From: Bacillota bacterium
GTDB lineage: Bacteria > Bacillota > UBA5301 > JAMCQP01
DNA: 64,000 nt
Assembly (NCBI GenBank): GCA_023381695.1
Contig: JAMCQP010000083.1
Coordinates: forward strand, 5,165-69,164
Direction: 5' to 3'
Position 1 is the stretch's first letter. Each line of letters opens with the position of its first letter. Under the pieces are notes generated by a model. The model was not told the DNA's origin and searched no databases. It worked only from the letters and a program-made list of their open reading frames with translations. The position numbers were made by a program, and so were the translations under genes. Positions 28,201 through 38,242 of this stretch are shown one piece after another.

Positions 28201-30085
28201 TCTGGCCGGTTACAACGTCTACCGGAGCACCGTTCCCGGCGGCTACTACACCCGGCTCAACGCCGCGCCGGCAGCCAGCACGGGATACCAGGACACCACG
28301 GTGCAAAATTCGGTCACCTACTACTACATGGTCAAAGCCGTGGACCAGGCTGGAAATGAGAGCGAGCCTTCAGAAACGGCCTCCGCCACCCCGACGGTGC
28401 CCATCGGGTGGGCTGGCAACCTCTGGCCGCAGAGCATCGGTCACACCATCAGCGCTCTGATCCCCACCGAGACCATCTATGCCCAGGTCTGGGCCGACGG
28501 CCTGACCACCTTCCCGGGGCAGGGCGTGGGCATGCTGGCGCAGGTGGGCTACGGTCCGGCGGGCAGTGATCCGGCGCTGTGGAACACCTGGGTCACGATG
28601 AAGTTCAACCTGGACAAAGGTAATAACGATGAGTACCTGGGGTCGCTCTTGCCGGAGCAGACCGGACAGTTCGTCTACCAGGCCCGGTTCAGTTCCGACG
28701 GCGGCAAGACCTGGCGGTACACCGACACCCAGGGCTCCCTGACCGTGAGTCCCTCCGGGGATACCACGGCACCAGCGCCGCCGCAGGGCCTGGTGGCGGC
28801 CACCACTCTGGGCCAGATCACCCTGCTGTGGCAGGCCAATGTGGAAGCGGATCTCTTCCGGTACGACGTCTACCGTTCCACCACCAGCGGTTCGGGCTAC
28901 CTGAGGGTGGCTTCGGTGGATAAGACGGCCGCCAGCTACACCGACGGCGGCCTGGACAAGGATACCAGCTACTTCTATGTGGTCCGGGCGGTGGACACCT
29001 CATTCAACGCCTCGGCGCCAGGTCCGGAGCTTATGGCCATGCCCCGGCCCCGCAAGGTGGAGGTGACCTTCCAGGCGGAGGCGCCCTGGTATACCCCGGC
29101 CGGCGACACCATCTACCTGGCCGGCAACTTTCCGGCGCCCTACTACTGGAATCCGGGCAACCGCCCGATGACCCGGGTGGATGAGACCCATTGGGCGATT
29201 ACGATGATGATGGATGAAGGCACCAGGATCGAATACAAATACACCCGCGGCAACTGGGGCAAGGTGGAGAAGAACCCCGACGGGTCGGAGATGGGCAACC
29301 GCCAGGCCGTGGTGGCCTATGGGGCAAACGGCAGGATGGCCATCAGCGATACCGTGGCCAGGTGGGCCGATCTGCGGCTGGTCGTGGCATCGCCGGCGGA
29401 AGACCTGGTGACCACGGACTCCGTGGTGGAGGTCACAGGAAACGTCCTGCCCGGCGAAGCGCTGAGCGTGAACGGGCAAGCGGTGCAACCGGCGGCGGGT
29501 GGGGATTTCGGGACCACGGTCAGGCTTCTTCCGGGTCTGAACACGATTTCGGTGGTGGCGGGCACCGACGCCAACACGATTACCGTCACGCGTAAGGTGA
29601 CCTATCAGACCAGGGTGGAGCTTGTGGTGACGCCCGCCGGCGCCAGCGTGGAGATCTTCGACAAGAAGCTCAAAATCGAGATCCCGGTGGGGGCGGTGAA
29701 GGCCGATACCAGCCTGGTTCTCGAGGTGATCGATGAAAACGGGCCGCTCCACCCGGAAAATCTCAAGCGGCTCAGCAGAAGTTACGTGGTGTCGGCCGGG
29801 GTCAAGAAATTCCGGGTCCCGGTGACCATCAGCATTGGTTTTGACGCCGCGGCTTTGAACGGGTTGGGCTTTGAGGATCTGGGGATCTTTACGGCAAAAT
29901 ACGATGCCACAGAGGGGACAACCGGCAAGGAAGTCTGGCGTCCGTTTGAAGGAATTGATGACGGCCCGGACGGATATGAGGGAAGTGTCGTCGACCTGGC
30001 AAGCGGCAGGTTAACCATACGGACAGAGCATTACGGCAAGCTTGCCGTGATGGCCAGGCTGGAAAAGCCTGAAGACGGGGATTGA
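25219..30085 (+). pseudogene. Giant multidomain GH13 amylopullulanase-like enzyme (about 1620 aa if contiguous) interrupted by a +1 frameshift
   Basis: The N-terminal ORF 25219..27855 carries a signal peptide, four tandem starch-binding-like repeats of about 100 aa (GDWxPA...AGxWEYKVAL) and a GH13 catalytic core (GWRLDVANEV, IIGELWED). The C-terminal ORF 27704..30085 continues the GH13 C-domain in the +1 frame, followed by two FN3 domains, CBM20/25-like modules and Ig-like modules. Confidence 0.75.
27764..27771 (+). other. G8 homopolymer tract at the frameshift site
   Basis: The sequence ccTGGGGGGGGCGAG is read directly. With 7 G the reading would be the contiguous ...FPWGGEDQDLL... Confidence 0.8.
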
Positions 30086-30150
30086 CAGCCCGAAGAAGAA
30101 CTCAAGGGACCTAAGCAATCCGAAGAACGCTGTGTAAAAAACGAATAGGC

Positions 30151-30195
30151 ACGCCCGGACCAGCAAGTCTATCTTGCTGCCCGGGCGTCTTTTTT
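30151..30195 (+). terminator. Rho-independent terminator after the amylopullulanase-like gene
   Basis: Stem acgcccggaccagcaag / cttgctgcccgggcgt followed by TTTTTT. Confidence 0.6.
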
Positions 30196-30305
30196 GCATT
30201 TTGCATATTTTTTTCGAAGGAGAATTAGACTTAACCCCTCTTTTTTGATGCAGGAGATCCCCGGTGAGTGTCAAAAGGTGATCCTGGAGGTGGAAGCATA
30301 GTAAA

Positions 30306-30770
30306 ATGGAGGCCATAGCAAGAGTGCGGCAATTCCTGGAGCAAACGCCCTACCGGCCGGAGATTATCGAGTTTGATGAAAGCACTCATACTTCCGAACT
30401 GGCGGCCCGGGCGGTTGGGGTTGAGGTCGGGCAGATCGCCAAGAGCGTCTTGTTTATTGTCGGGGACCAACCAGTTTTGGTGGTGACCAGCGGAGACATG
30501 AAGGTAAGTCAGAGTAAACTCAAACAACTGCTGGGTGCAAGCGGCAAGGTAAAACTGGCGGATCCGGAGACTACTCTCGAACTGACCGGGTTTCCGCCGG
30601 GAGGAGTTTGCCCGTTTGCCTTGAAGCAAGCGATACCGGTACTGATCGACCGGAGCATGGAGCGTTTCCCGGTGGTCTACGCCGCCGCCGGCACCCCTCG
30701 TTCGGCGGTGCCGGTATCGGTGGCGCAACTTCTGGAGATTACGGGCGGGACGCTGTGCGACCTGGCCTGA
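30306..30770 (+). CDS. YbaK/ProX-type aminoacyl-tRNA deacylase domain protein
   Basis: Family-level similarity across the ORF (e.g. SVLFIVGDQPVLVVTSGD). Confidence 0.75.
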   Translation: MEAIARVRQFLEQTPYRPEIIEFDESTHTSELAARAVGVEVGQIAKSVLFIVGDQPVLVVTSGDMKVSQSKLKQLLGASGKVKLADPETTLELTGFPPGGVCPFALKQAIPVLIDRSMERFPVVYAAAGTPRSAVPVSVAQLLEITGGTLCDLA

Positions 30771-30789
30771 TGGAAGGGGGGATTTAAGA

Positions 30790-31149
30790 GTGTTTACCCG
30801 TATCAGCCATGCAGCTTTTGAGGTTAAAGATGGCGTTGCATCGGCGCGGTTTTACCAACAATATTTCGGCTTTGTAAAGCGAGTGGAAATTGACTCGCCG
30901 GCTCCGGGGCTGGAGAAGATCATCTTTCTCACCCTTGGGGATACTGAACTGGAATTATTGCAGGTCAGCCATCCTCCTGCTATCTCCGGCTGCCATATCT
31001 CCTTAAACACCGACGACTTTAACGGCGACTTTACCCAGCTCGCCAATGCGGGCGTAAAAGTGGGGATGCCGCCGGTGGACGTCGGTGGAGGGAGGAAGAG
31101 GGCCATCTTCCCGGGACCGGATGGAGAGGAAATTGAAATCATTGGCTGA
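30790..31149 (+). CDS. VOC family protein (glyoxalase / bleomycin-resistance fold)
   Basis: Small beta-alpha-beta-beta-beta protein with a VOC-like N-terminus (ISHAAFEVKD). Confidence 0.7.
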   Translation: MFTRISHAAFEVKDGVASARFYQQYFGFVKRVEIDSPAPGLEKIIFLTLGDTELELLQVSHPPAISGCHISLNTDDFNGDFTQLANAGVKVGMPPVDVGGGRKRAIFPGPDGEEIEIIG

Positions 31150-31157
31150 GCACGACA

Positions 31158-31185
31158 AAGAGGGGAAGACCCCTCTTTTCCTTTT
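31158..31185 (+). terminator. Rho-independent terminator
   Basis: gagggg-aaga-cccctc followed by ttttcctttt. Confidence 0.6.
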
Positions 31186-31263
31186 GATCTCCTTTTGATC
31201 CCTCTCTGACAGGAGATCAGCGACAAATTCCGAATTTCCTTACTAACAAGGGGGGATCAAAGC

Positions 31264-33348
31264 GTGCGCCTCAAGATGGATCATCATCTGGTGAATAGTG
31301 AGGTTTTAGTGGAAGAGACCCGGCCCCTGGCCGAGGCGGTATTGCTGGCCAAAAAGTTTACGCTTGCCGAGCCGGCCCATGGAATGATTCTTGTGGATGG
31401 TAAAGGCCAGCTGGTCGGCATGGTGTCCTGGCCGGATGCAGGCGTGGCCCTGGTGGAAGGGAAGAGTCGCGAGCCTGTTGGCCGGCTGGCCCGCCCGGTA
31501 TCCTGGGTACGCCTGGGCGATGAAGTCGATGCAGGGACCGCCTTTTCCGCAGAGACGGTGGTTGTGGACGACGCGCACCGCCCCGTTGGGTGGCTGTCCC
31601 TTTCTCTATTCCGCGAGGTGGGATTGAAGCGGGCGACGGAACGCCTGGAAGAACTGATGGTGGGGCTCAATTCGGCCTATAACGCCATTTTAGTGGTGGA
31701 CCGCGAGGCCAGGATAGTGGCGGCCAACACCGCCATGGAAAAGATCCTGGGCTATCCCCTGGCCGAGGCCTGGGGGCGCTCGATCCGCGAATTCATCCCG
31801 CATACCGGCATGGGAGAGGTGTTGCAAACCGGGGAACCGCGCATCGGCAGCCAGATCACCATTAACGGGCGGACGTACCTCAGCAATCGCACACCGGTGT
31901 ACCGCAACGGCCTGCTAATGGGCGCCGTGGCCGTCCTCCAGGATATCACCGCCCTGGAGAATGCTCTGGCCGAGCGAGACGAGGCCAATCGCCTGAAGAA
32001 CATTCTGGCTTCCGTGCTGGATAACGCCTATGAAGGAATTGTGGTGGTGGATGAACAGGGGATGGTCACCATGTTCAACCAGGCCTACAGCGATTTTCTG
32101 GGTGTGCCGGCGGAAGAGGTGATCGGCCGCCGGGTCCAGGAAGTCATTGAAAACACCCGGATGCACATCGTCGTCCAAACCGGACAGGCGGAAATCAGGC
32201 AGGTGCAGCGCATTAAAGGCCATGACATGGTCTGTGACCGCATTCCCATTAAAAAAGGGGACCGGGTGGTGGCCGCCGTGGGCAAGGTGCTGTTTCGGGA
32301 CGTGTCGGAACTGGACGCCATGCTCCAGCAGACCCGCCGCCTGCAATCCGAACTTGAGTACTACAAAGAGGAGTTAAAGCGCCACCAGGGTACCCGGTAC
32401 AGCCTGGAAAACATCATCGGCGATGGCCAAACCATGCGGACTTTAAAGGAGCTGGCCCAGCGCGTGGCGTGGTCAAACTCCACCATCCTTTTGCGCGGGG
32501 AGAGCGGCACCGGCAAGGAACTCTTCGCTCATGCCATTCATAACGCCAGTTCCCGGGCTTCCGGCCCCTTCATCAATGTGAACTGCGCCGCGCTCCCGGA
32601 GAATCTCCTTGAATCAGAGCTTTTCGGTTACCAGGAAGGGGCCTTCACCGGCGCCCGCAAGGGGGGCAAGGTGGGGAAGTTTGAACTGGCCAACGGGGGA
32701 ACCATTTTTCTTGACGAGATAGCGGAAATGCCGCCCAACATGCAGGCCAAGTTGCTGCGGGTCTTGCAGGAGAGGGAAATCGAGCGCCTCGGCGGCACCC
32801 GGCCCCTGAAGATCGATGTGCGGGTGGTGGCGGCCACCCACCGCAACCTGGAGGAGATGGTGTCGGCCGGGCAGTTTCGGGAGGATCTCTTCTACCGGCT
32901 CAACGTCATCACCCTGGATATCCCGCCCCTCAGGGAACGACCGGAGGATATTCCCTTGCTGGTGGACCATCTGGTGGGAAAACTTGCCCGGAACCTCGGG
33001 TGCGGGAAAAAGCAGGTGGAGCCCTCCACCATGCAGATTCTCAGGACGCACCGCTGGCCCGGGAATGTACGGGAACTGGAAAACGTGCTGGAGCGGGCGC
33101 TCAACCTCGTGGAGGAGGAGGTCATTTTGCCCGCGCATCTCCCGTATTACCTGCAACGTGGAAGTGCCGGCGCCAGTGGTTTGACGCCTCTCAAGGAGGC
33201 TCTCTGGGCCGCGGAGGCCGATATCATGCGGCAGGCTCTGAAAGCGACGGGTGGTAATGCCCTGAAGGCCGCACGACTGCTTCAGGTGAGCAAATCCACC
33301 TTTTACGAGAAGGCGGGCAAATACCGGTTGCTGTTGGATGGGCGGTGA
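31264..33348 (+). CDS. Sigma-54-dependent transcriptional activator (CBS pair, two PAS domains, AAA+ sigma-54 interaction domain, Fis-type HTH)
   Basis: [15 protein letters not shown] Walker A, ESELFGY (GAFTGA-type) sigma-54 contact motif, and a C-terminal HTH ([18 protein letters not shown]). Confidence 0.9.
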   Translation: MRLKMDHHLVNSEVLVEETRPLAEAVLLAKKFTLAEPAHGMILVDGKGQLVGMVSWPDAGVALVEGKSREPVGRLARPVSWVRLGDEVDAGTAFSAETVVVDDAHRPVGWLSLSLFREVGLKRATERLEELMVGLNSAYNAILVVDREARIVAANTAMEKILGYPLAEAWGRSIREFIPHTGMGEVLQTGEPRIGSQITINGRTYLSNRTPVYRNGLLMGAVAVLQDITALENALAERDEANRLKNILASVLDNAYEGIVVVDEQGMVTMFNQAYSDFLGVPAEEVIGRRVQEVIENTRMHIVVQTGQAEIRQVQRIKGHDMVCDRIPIKKGDRVVAAVGKVLFRDVSELDAMLQQTRRLQSELEYYKEELKRHQGTRYSLENIIGDGQTMRTLKELAQRVAWSNSTILLRGESGTGKELFAHAIHNASSRASGPFINVNCAALPENLLESELFGYQEGAFTGARKGGKVGKFELANGGTIFLDEIAEMPPNMQAKLLRVLQEREIERLGGTRPLKIDVRVVAATHRNLEEMVSAGQFREDLFYRLNVITLDIPPLRERPEDIPLLVDHLVGKLARNLGCGKKQVEPSTMQILRTHRWPGNVRELENVLERALNLVEEEVILPAHLPYYLQRGSAGASGLTPLKEALWAAEADIMRQALKATGGNALKAARLLQVSKSTFYEKAGKYRLLLDGR

Positions 33349-33392
33349 ATCTGGCGGGCGAACGAAGGTGTTTTCCAGACATCCGGAATGCC

Positions 33393-33408
33393 TTCCGAAA
33401 ATCCGGAA
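33393..33408. promoter_or_regulatory. Candidate enhancer (UAS) site 1, TTCCGAAAATCCGGAA (TTCCG-N6-CGGAA)
   Basis: Inverted repeat about 125 bp upstream of the -24/-12 promoter. Confidence 0.45.
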
Positions 33409-33462
33409 AAGCCGGGACCCCCAACGAAACGGGAGACCGGTTTTTCTTTTTGTCGAAAGGTC

Positions 33463-33478
33463 TTCCGGAATTTCGGAA
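33463..33478. promoter_or_regulatory. Candidate enhancer (UAS) site 2, TTCCGGAATTTCGGAA (TTCCG-N6-CGGAA)
   Basis: Same half-site architecture as site 1, 70 bp downstream of it. Confidence 0.45.
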
Positions 33479-33518
33479 AGTTTTCTGAAGGCTCGCGAGT
33501 ATTTGGGCTTCTCACGGT

Positions 33519-33534
33519 TGGCACGCAACTTGCA
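33519..33534 (+). promoter_or_regulatory. Sigma-54 (-24/-12) promoter, TGGCACGCAACTTGCA
   Basis: A perfect TGGCAC-N5-TTGCA. It lies 56 nt upstream of the GntP-family gene and directly downstream of the sigma-54 activator gene. Confidence 0.7.
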
Positions 33535-33589
33535 ATTGAACCTGTGGCAACTAAATGGATCTCGACCGGCTATATGGGGTGGAAGATCC

Positions 33590-34996
33590 ATGGCCGGCCG
33601 GAAAACAGAAAGGAGCGACGTTAAATTGGTTATCGGCATCATCCTCAGTCTTGGATTGCTCATCTTCTTTGCCTACCGTGGTTACTCGGTCATCTTCATG
33701 GCGCCGATCTTTGCCCTGCTGGCCGCCCTGACGGCCGGGATGAACGTTCTGCCCACCTATACGGAACTGTTCATGGTAAAGATGGTGGGGTACATCAAGA
33801 ACTTTTTCCCGATCTTCATGCTCGGCGCCGTCTTCGGCAAGATCATGGAGGATTCAGGCGCGGCCCGCGCGGTGGCTCACTTCATTATCAAGAAGCTTGG
33901 CAAGGAACGGGCCATCGTGGCTACCGTGCTGTCCTGCGCCATCCTGACCTATGGCGGGGTGAGCCTCTTTGTGGTGGCCTTCGCCGTCTATCCCCTGGCC
34001 GCGGCCATGTTCAAGGAAGCGAACATCCCCAAACGCCTTGTCCCCGGAGCTATTGCTCTGGGGGCCTTTACCTTCACCATGACCGCCGTTCCCGGCACCC
34101 CCCAGATCCAGAACATAATTCCCACCAAATACTTCGGGACAAACGCTTATGCCGCTCCGCTGGTTGGTATTGTGGGCGCGCTGATGATGTTCGCCGGCGG
34201 CCTGGCCTGGCTGGAGTGGCGTAAACGCAGGGCCACGTACGCTGGAGAGGGTTATGGGAGCCACACCAAAAACGAACCGGTGGTGGAAGCCGATGCCTAC
34301 ATGCCGCGTTTCGGGTTGGCCATCCTGCCCCTGGTCATCGTTCTGGTCTTAAACTATCTGCTCACCAGGCTTATTAACGGCTGGAACCCCGACATCCTGA
34401 AGCCCTTCGGGACCGCCGCTCTTGCCAGCGTAGCTCCGACCTGGGCGCTGATCGTGGCGCTGGTTCTGGGGATCGTTGTCGCCGTTCTCCTCAATTGGAA
34501 GGAGATGAAGACCAAATATGTGAACAGCCTCAACGCTGGCACCATCGGCTCTCTGCTGGCCATCATGAATACGGCCTCCGAGGTGGGCTACGGCAATGTC
34601 ATCAGTACTCTGCCGGGTTTCAAGGCCATTGCGGCGGCCCTCCTGGGCATCAAGGGGACGCCCCTTCTTTCCGAAACCGTGACCGTCAACATCCTGGCGG
34701 GCATCACCGGGTCCGCCTCCGGCGGGATGAGCATCGCCCTGGAGACCATGGGCACTCAATACCTGCAGTGGGCCAACCGGGTGGGGCTGAATCCTGAACT
34801 CCTGCACCGGATTGCTTCCATGTCCTCCGGCGGCTTTGACACTCTGCCCCACAACGGCGCGGTGATCACCTTGCTGGCCATCACCGGGTTGACCCACCGG
34901 CAATCTTACATCGATATCGGCATGGTGTCCCTGGTCGTTCCCGTGGTCAGCACGCTCCTGCTTATCCTGCTAACCACGCTCCTTGGGATTGTATAG
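33590..34996 (+). CDS. GntP family permease (hydroxy-acid / short-chain-acid importer candidate)
   Basis: Strong resemblance to the GntT/GntP N-terminal region (GKIMEDSGAARAVAHFIIKKLGKERA against GKMLADCGGAQRIATTLIAKFGKKHI, recalled from memory). Confidence 0.75.
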   Translation: MAGRKTERSDVKLVIGIILSLGLLIFFAYRGYSVIFMAPIFALLAALTAGMNVLPTYTELFMVKMVGYIKNFFPIFMLGAVFGKIMEDSGAARAVAHFIIKKLGKERAIVATVLSCAILTYGGVSLFVVAFAVYPLAAAMFKEANIPKRLVPGAIALGAFTFTMTAVPGTPQIQNIIPTKYFGTNAYAAPLVGIVGALMMFAGGLAWLEWRKRRATYAGEGYGSHTKNEPVVEADAYMPRFGLAILPLVIVLVLNYLLTRLINGWNPDILKPFGTAALASVAPTWALIVALVLGIVVAVLLNWKEMKTKYVNSLNAGTIGSLLAIMNTASEVGYGNVISTLPGFKAIAAALLGIKGTPLLSETVTVNILAGITGSASGGMSIALETMGTQYLQWANRVGLNPELLHRIASMSSGGFDTLPHNGAVITLLAITGLTHRQSYIDIGMVSLVVPVVSTLLLILLTTLLGIV

Positions 34997-35089
34997 GGAT
35001 ATCAAACAACAGGGGGCGGCACATGTGGCCGACCCCCTGTCAAACGGGCTCCTGGTGAAATATGGAACAAGCCAAAGGAGGGGCTTTTC

Positions 35090-36664
35090 GTGCCTGTACA
35101 GTTCGTTACGGCCAGAGAAGCGGTCAAACTTGTCCGGGACGGTGACACCGTGGCCTTCGGGGGGTTTGTGGGGAACGGCCACCCGGAGGAATTGACGGCG
35201 GCCCTGGAGGAGCGTTTCCTGGAGGCCGGCAAGCCCCGGGAACTTACCCTGGTTTACGCCGCCGGGCAGGGAGACGGAAAAGAACGAGGGCTCAACCACC
35301 TGGGCCATGAGGGACTGGTGAAACGGGTGGTGGGCGGCCACTGGAACCTGGCGCCGAAGCTCGGCCGCCTGGCCGTGGAAAATTTGATCGAGGCATACAA
35401 CCTCCCTCAGGGAATCATTACCCACATGTTCCGCGACATCGCCGCCGGGAAACCGGCCACCATCACCCATGTGGGCCTCAAAACCTTTGTCGATCCCCGC
35501 GTGCAGGGGGGGAAGCTCAACAGCCGCACCGCCGAGGAGATCGTCGAAGTCGTCAACATCCGTGGGCGGGAGCTGCTTCTTTACCATACCTTTCCCATCC
35601 AGGCGGCCTTTCTTCGCGGCACCACGGCGGACGAAAAAGGGAACATCAGCATGGAAAAAGAGGCCGTCACCCTGGAGACGTTGTCTATCGCCCAGGCGGC
35701 GCGGAACTCGGACGGGGTGGTCATTGTGCAGGTGGAACGTGTCGTCCGGGCGGGTACCCTGGATCCAAAACTGGTCAAGATCCCGGGCATCCTGGTGGAC
35801 CGGGTGGTGGTCGCCAGACCCGAAAACCACCGGCAGACCTTTGCCGAGGCATATAACCCGGCTTACACCGGAGAAGTGAAGATACCCGCCGGCCGGCTGG
35901 CGCCCATTCCCATGGACGAACGCAAAGTGGTGGCCCGCCGGGCGCTCATGGAACTCGTCCCCGATACCGTGGTCAACCTGGGCATTGGCCTACCGGAAGC
36001 CATTGGGGCCGTGGCCGCCGAAGAGGGGGTGGAGGATTTCATGACCCTCACCCTGGAGTCGGGACCCATCGGGGGTGTTCCGGCCGGAGGCCTGAGCTTC
36101 GGGGCGTCCGCCAATCCCGAGTGCATTATCGACCAGCCTTACCAGTTTGACTTCTATGACGGCGGCGGGTTGGATATCGCTTTTCTGGGCATGGCCCAGA
36201 TGGACGCCGCGGGCAATGTGAACGTCAGCAAATTCGGACCCCGCATCGCCGGAAGCGGAGGCTTCATAAATATCAGCCAGAACGCCAAGAAGGTGGTTTT
36301 CTGCGGTACATTTACCGCGGGCGGCCTGGAGGTCCGGGCGGGCGAGGGCCGCTTGAACATTGTCACCGAGGGCAAACACCTGAAACTGGTGCCGGAGGTG
36401 GAGCACATCACCTTCAGCGGGGAATACGCCAGGGAAGTGGGTCAAAAAGTTCTCTACCTCACGGAAAGGGCGGTCTTTGAAATGCGGTCCGACGGCCTGT
36501 GGCTGATCGAAATCGCTCCCGGGGTGAACCTGGAAAGGGACGTGCTGGCGAAGATGGCCTTCCGGCCACAGATTTCGGCAGACCTGAAGATCATGGATTC
36601 CCGGATCTTCCACGACCACCCCATGGGGCTGAAGTCGGCCTGGGCGCTGCGGCAGACCGGTTGA
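35090..36664 (+). CDS. Acyl-CoA:acetate/propionate CoA-transferase, fused family I type (Pct/YdiF-like, 524 aa)
   Basis: N-terminal motif [19 protein letters not shown] and fused alpha+beta organisation. Length identical to the propionate CoA-transferase family. Confidence 0.8.
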   Translation: MPVQFVTAREAVKLVRDGDTVAFGGFVGNGHPEELTAALEERFLEAGKPRELTLVYAAGQGDGKERGLNHLGHEGLVKRVVGGHWNLAPKLGRLAVENLIEAYNLPQGIITHMFRDIAAGKPATITHVGLKTFVDPRVQGGKLNSRTAEEIVEVVNIRGRELLLYHTFPIQAAFLRGTTADEKGNISMEKEAVTLETLSIAQAARNSDGVVIVQVERVVRAGTLDPKLVKIPGILVDRVVVARPENHRQTFAEAYNPAYTGEVKIPAGRLAPIPMDERKVVARRALMELVPDTVVNLGIGLPEAIGAVAAEEGVEDFMTLTLESGPIGGVPAGGLSFGASANPECIIDQPYQFDFYDGGGLDIAFLGMAQMDAAGNVNVSKFGPRIAGSGGFINISQNAKKVVFCGTFTAGGLEVRAGEGRLNIVTEGKHLKLVPEVEHITFSGEYAREVGQKVLYLTERAVFEMRSDGLWLIEIAPGVNLERDVLAKMAFRPQISADLKIMDSRIFHDHPMGLKSAWALRQTG

Positions 36665-36722
36665 ACCCTCAAGGTGACCCATGACGGCGGTCTGGTGATC
36701 TAGGCGAGGTCTTTCAACTCCT

Positions 36723-36977
36723 TTATTGCTGGATGTCTTTGAGCATGCGCCGGTGCTCGTCCTGCGTGATCTCCCCGCGGGCGTACCTTTCATCGAGAAT
36801 GTTTCTGGCTGTCTGGCTTTTCCCCCGGCCGGAAGCCGCCGTCGGCGGGAACAATCCCCCGATGACCCGAATGGCCAGGAAGATCAGAGTTCCCCAGAAC
36901 AGGATCATGAAAAGGAACCCGATCCATCCAAAGCCAAATCCCCAGGGCATGCCGTAACCGTATCCGCCCCACATCAT
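36723..36977 (-). CDS. SHOCT-domain membrane protein
   Basis: Gly/Trp-rich TM region followed by the SHOCT motif (ERYARGEITQDEHRRMLKDIQQ). The start is chosen at ATGATG with RBS AAGGAGGAG; the ORF track extends it to 37046. Confidence 0.6.
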   Translation of the reverse strand: MMWGGYGYGMPWGFGFGWIGFLFMILFWGTLIFLAIRVIGGLFPPTAASGRGKSQTARNILDERYARGEITQDEHRRMLKDIQQ

Positions 36978-37060
36978 GGTAAACTCCTCCTTATATTTGG
37001 CCTTCATGGGAAGGCCCCGGTTCATCTTTGCCGGTTTTGCCCTCATTATAGGAGATTTTG

Positions 37061-37099
37061 GTGAAGAACCCGTGAAGACATTGTGAAGTTTTTGTGAAG
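37061..37099. repeat. Four direct GTGAAG(A) repeats at exact 11-bp phasing
   Basis: GTGAAG cores at 37061, 37072, 37083 and 37094. They are followed by two TTCAAAGC copies at 37108 and 37118. Confidence 0.5.
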
Positions 37100-37141
37100 A
37101 AAAAGCTATTCAAAGCTGTTCAAAGCTATGCGAGGTATTTA

Positions 37142-37170
37142 TTGACAACCGGCCTGTCTTCCCGTAGAAT
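37142..37170 (+). promoter_or_regulatory. Consensus-like sigma-A promoter for prsA (TTGACA, 17-nt spacer, TAGAAT)
   Basis: Hexamers read directly; located 93 nt upstream of the prsA ATG. Confidence 0.5.
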
Positions 37171-37262
37171 AAGGGTGGTTTTGTGGTGCGCGGCGGTTTG
37201 CCGCGACAAGGCCAAAATAGAATAGTATTCATATTTGGCGGAGGTCAGGGGGAGTTTTTTGA

Positions 37263-38216
37263 ATGACTGAAATCAGACGATGGACAGGCTTTCCAGCGCT
37301 GGTGGCGGTTTTGTCGCTGGCGTTGGCGCTAGGGGCGGCGCTGTCTCTATGGGGGCGGGCCGGCCGGGCGCTGGCGGCGGACGAAGGGCCTGTGGTGCTT
37401 ACGGTAAACGGGGAAGCAATCCTGGGCAGCGATTTTTACCAGCAGCTGGACAAGAGAGCCGGCCGCCAGGTATTGGAGCAGATGGTTCTGGAACTTCTGA
37501 TCCGGCAGGCGGCCAAGGAGGCCAAGCTCAGCGTAACAGACAACGAGGTCAAGGAGGAAGTGGAAAGGCTGAAAGCCAACTTTCCCACCGATCAGGAATA
37601 CCAGGCCGCCCTGGTCAAGTATGGCCTGACCGAGCAGGAGTTGAACGGCCAGGTCAGCATTAACTTGCTCCTGAAGAAGCTCGGCGAAAAAGACGTCAAG
37701 GTTACGGAGGACGACGTCCAAAAGTATTACGAACAGCACAAGGAACAACTCGGAGAACCGGCCAAGGTCCGGGCTCGTCATATCCTGGTGGACACCCGGG
37801 AAGAAGCGGCGGCGATTCTGAAGTCTCTCAAGGACGGCGCCGATTTTGCCAAGCTGGCGCAGGAGAAGTCGAAGGATCCGGGCTCCAAGGAGAAGGGCGG
37901 GGATCTCGGCTTCTTTGAAAAGGACCAGATGGTGCCGGAGTTCGCCGAGGTGGCCTTTGCTCTCAAAACCGGGCAGTTGAGCGATCCGGTCCAGACGCAG
38001 TTCGGCTACCATATCATCAAGGTGGAGGAGCGGATTGAGGCCAAACCGGCGGCATATGCGGACGTCAAGGACAAGATCCGGAGCGAGCTTGTCAACGCGC
38101 GGGCCAAGTCGCCGGACCAGGTGGTCAAGGAACTCCGCGAAAAAGCCAGGCTGGACATCAAATGGAAACGTTATGAGGGGGTCCTCTTCAAGACCCCGCC
38201 GGCTGGAGAACAGTAA
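37263..38216 (+). CDS. prsA: Peptidyl-prolyl cis-trans isomerase, PrsA/SurA-like foldase (parvulin domain)
   Basis: Signal-anchor followed by a parvulin core (ARHILVDTREEAAAILKSLKDGADFAKLAQEKSKDPGSKEKGGDLGFF). Confidence 0.85.
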   Translation: MTEIRRWTGFPALVAVLSLALALGAALSLWGRAGRALAADEGPVVLTVNGEAILGSDFYQQLDKRAGRQVLEQMVLELLIRQAAKEAKLSVTDNEVKEEVERLKANFPTDQEYQAALVKYGLTEQELNGQVSINLLLKKLGEKDVKVTEDDVQKYYEQHKEQLGEPAKVRARHILVDTREEAAAILKSLKDGADFAKLAQEKSKDPGSKEKGGDLGFFEKDQMVPEFAEVAFALKTGQLSDPVQTQFGYHIIKVEERIEAKPAAYADVKDKIRSELVNARAKSPDQVVKELREKARLDIKWKRYEGVLFKTPPAGEQ

Positions 38217-38242
38217 AGGATTTTTGAAGATCGACGGCGCCA

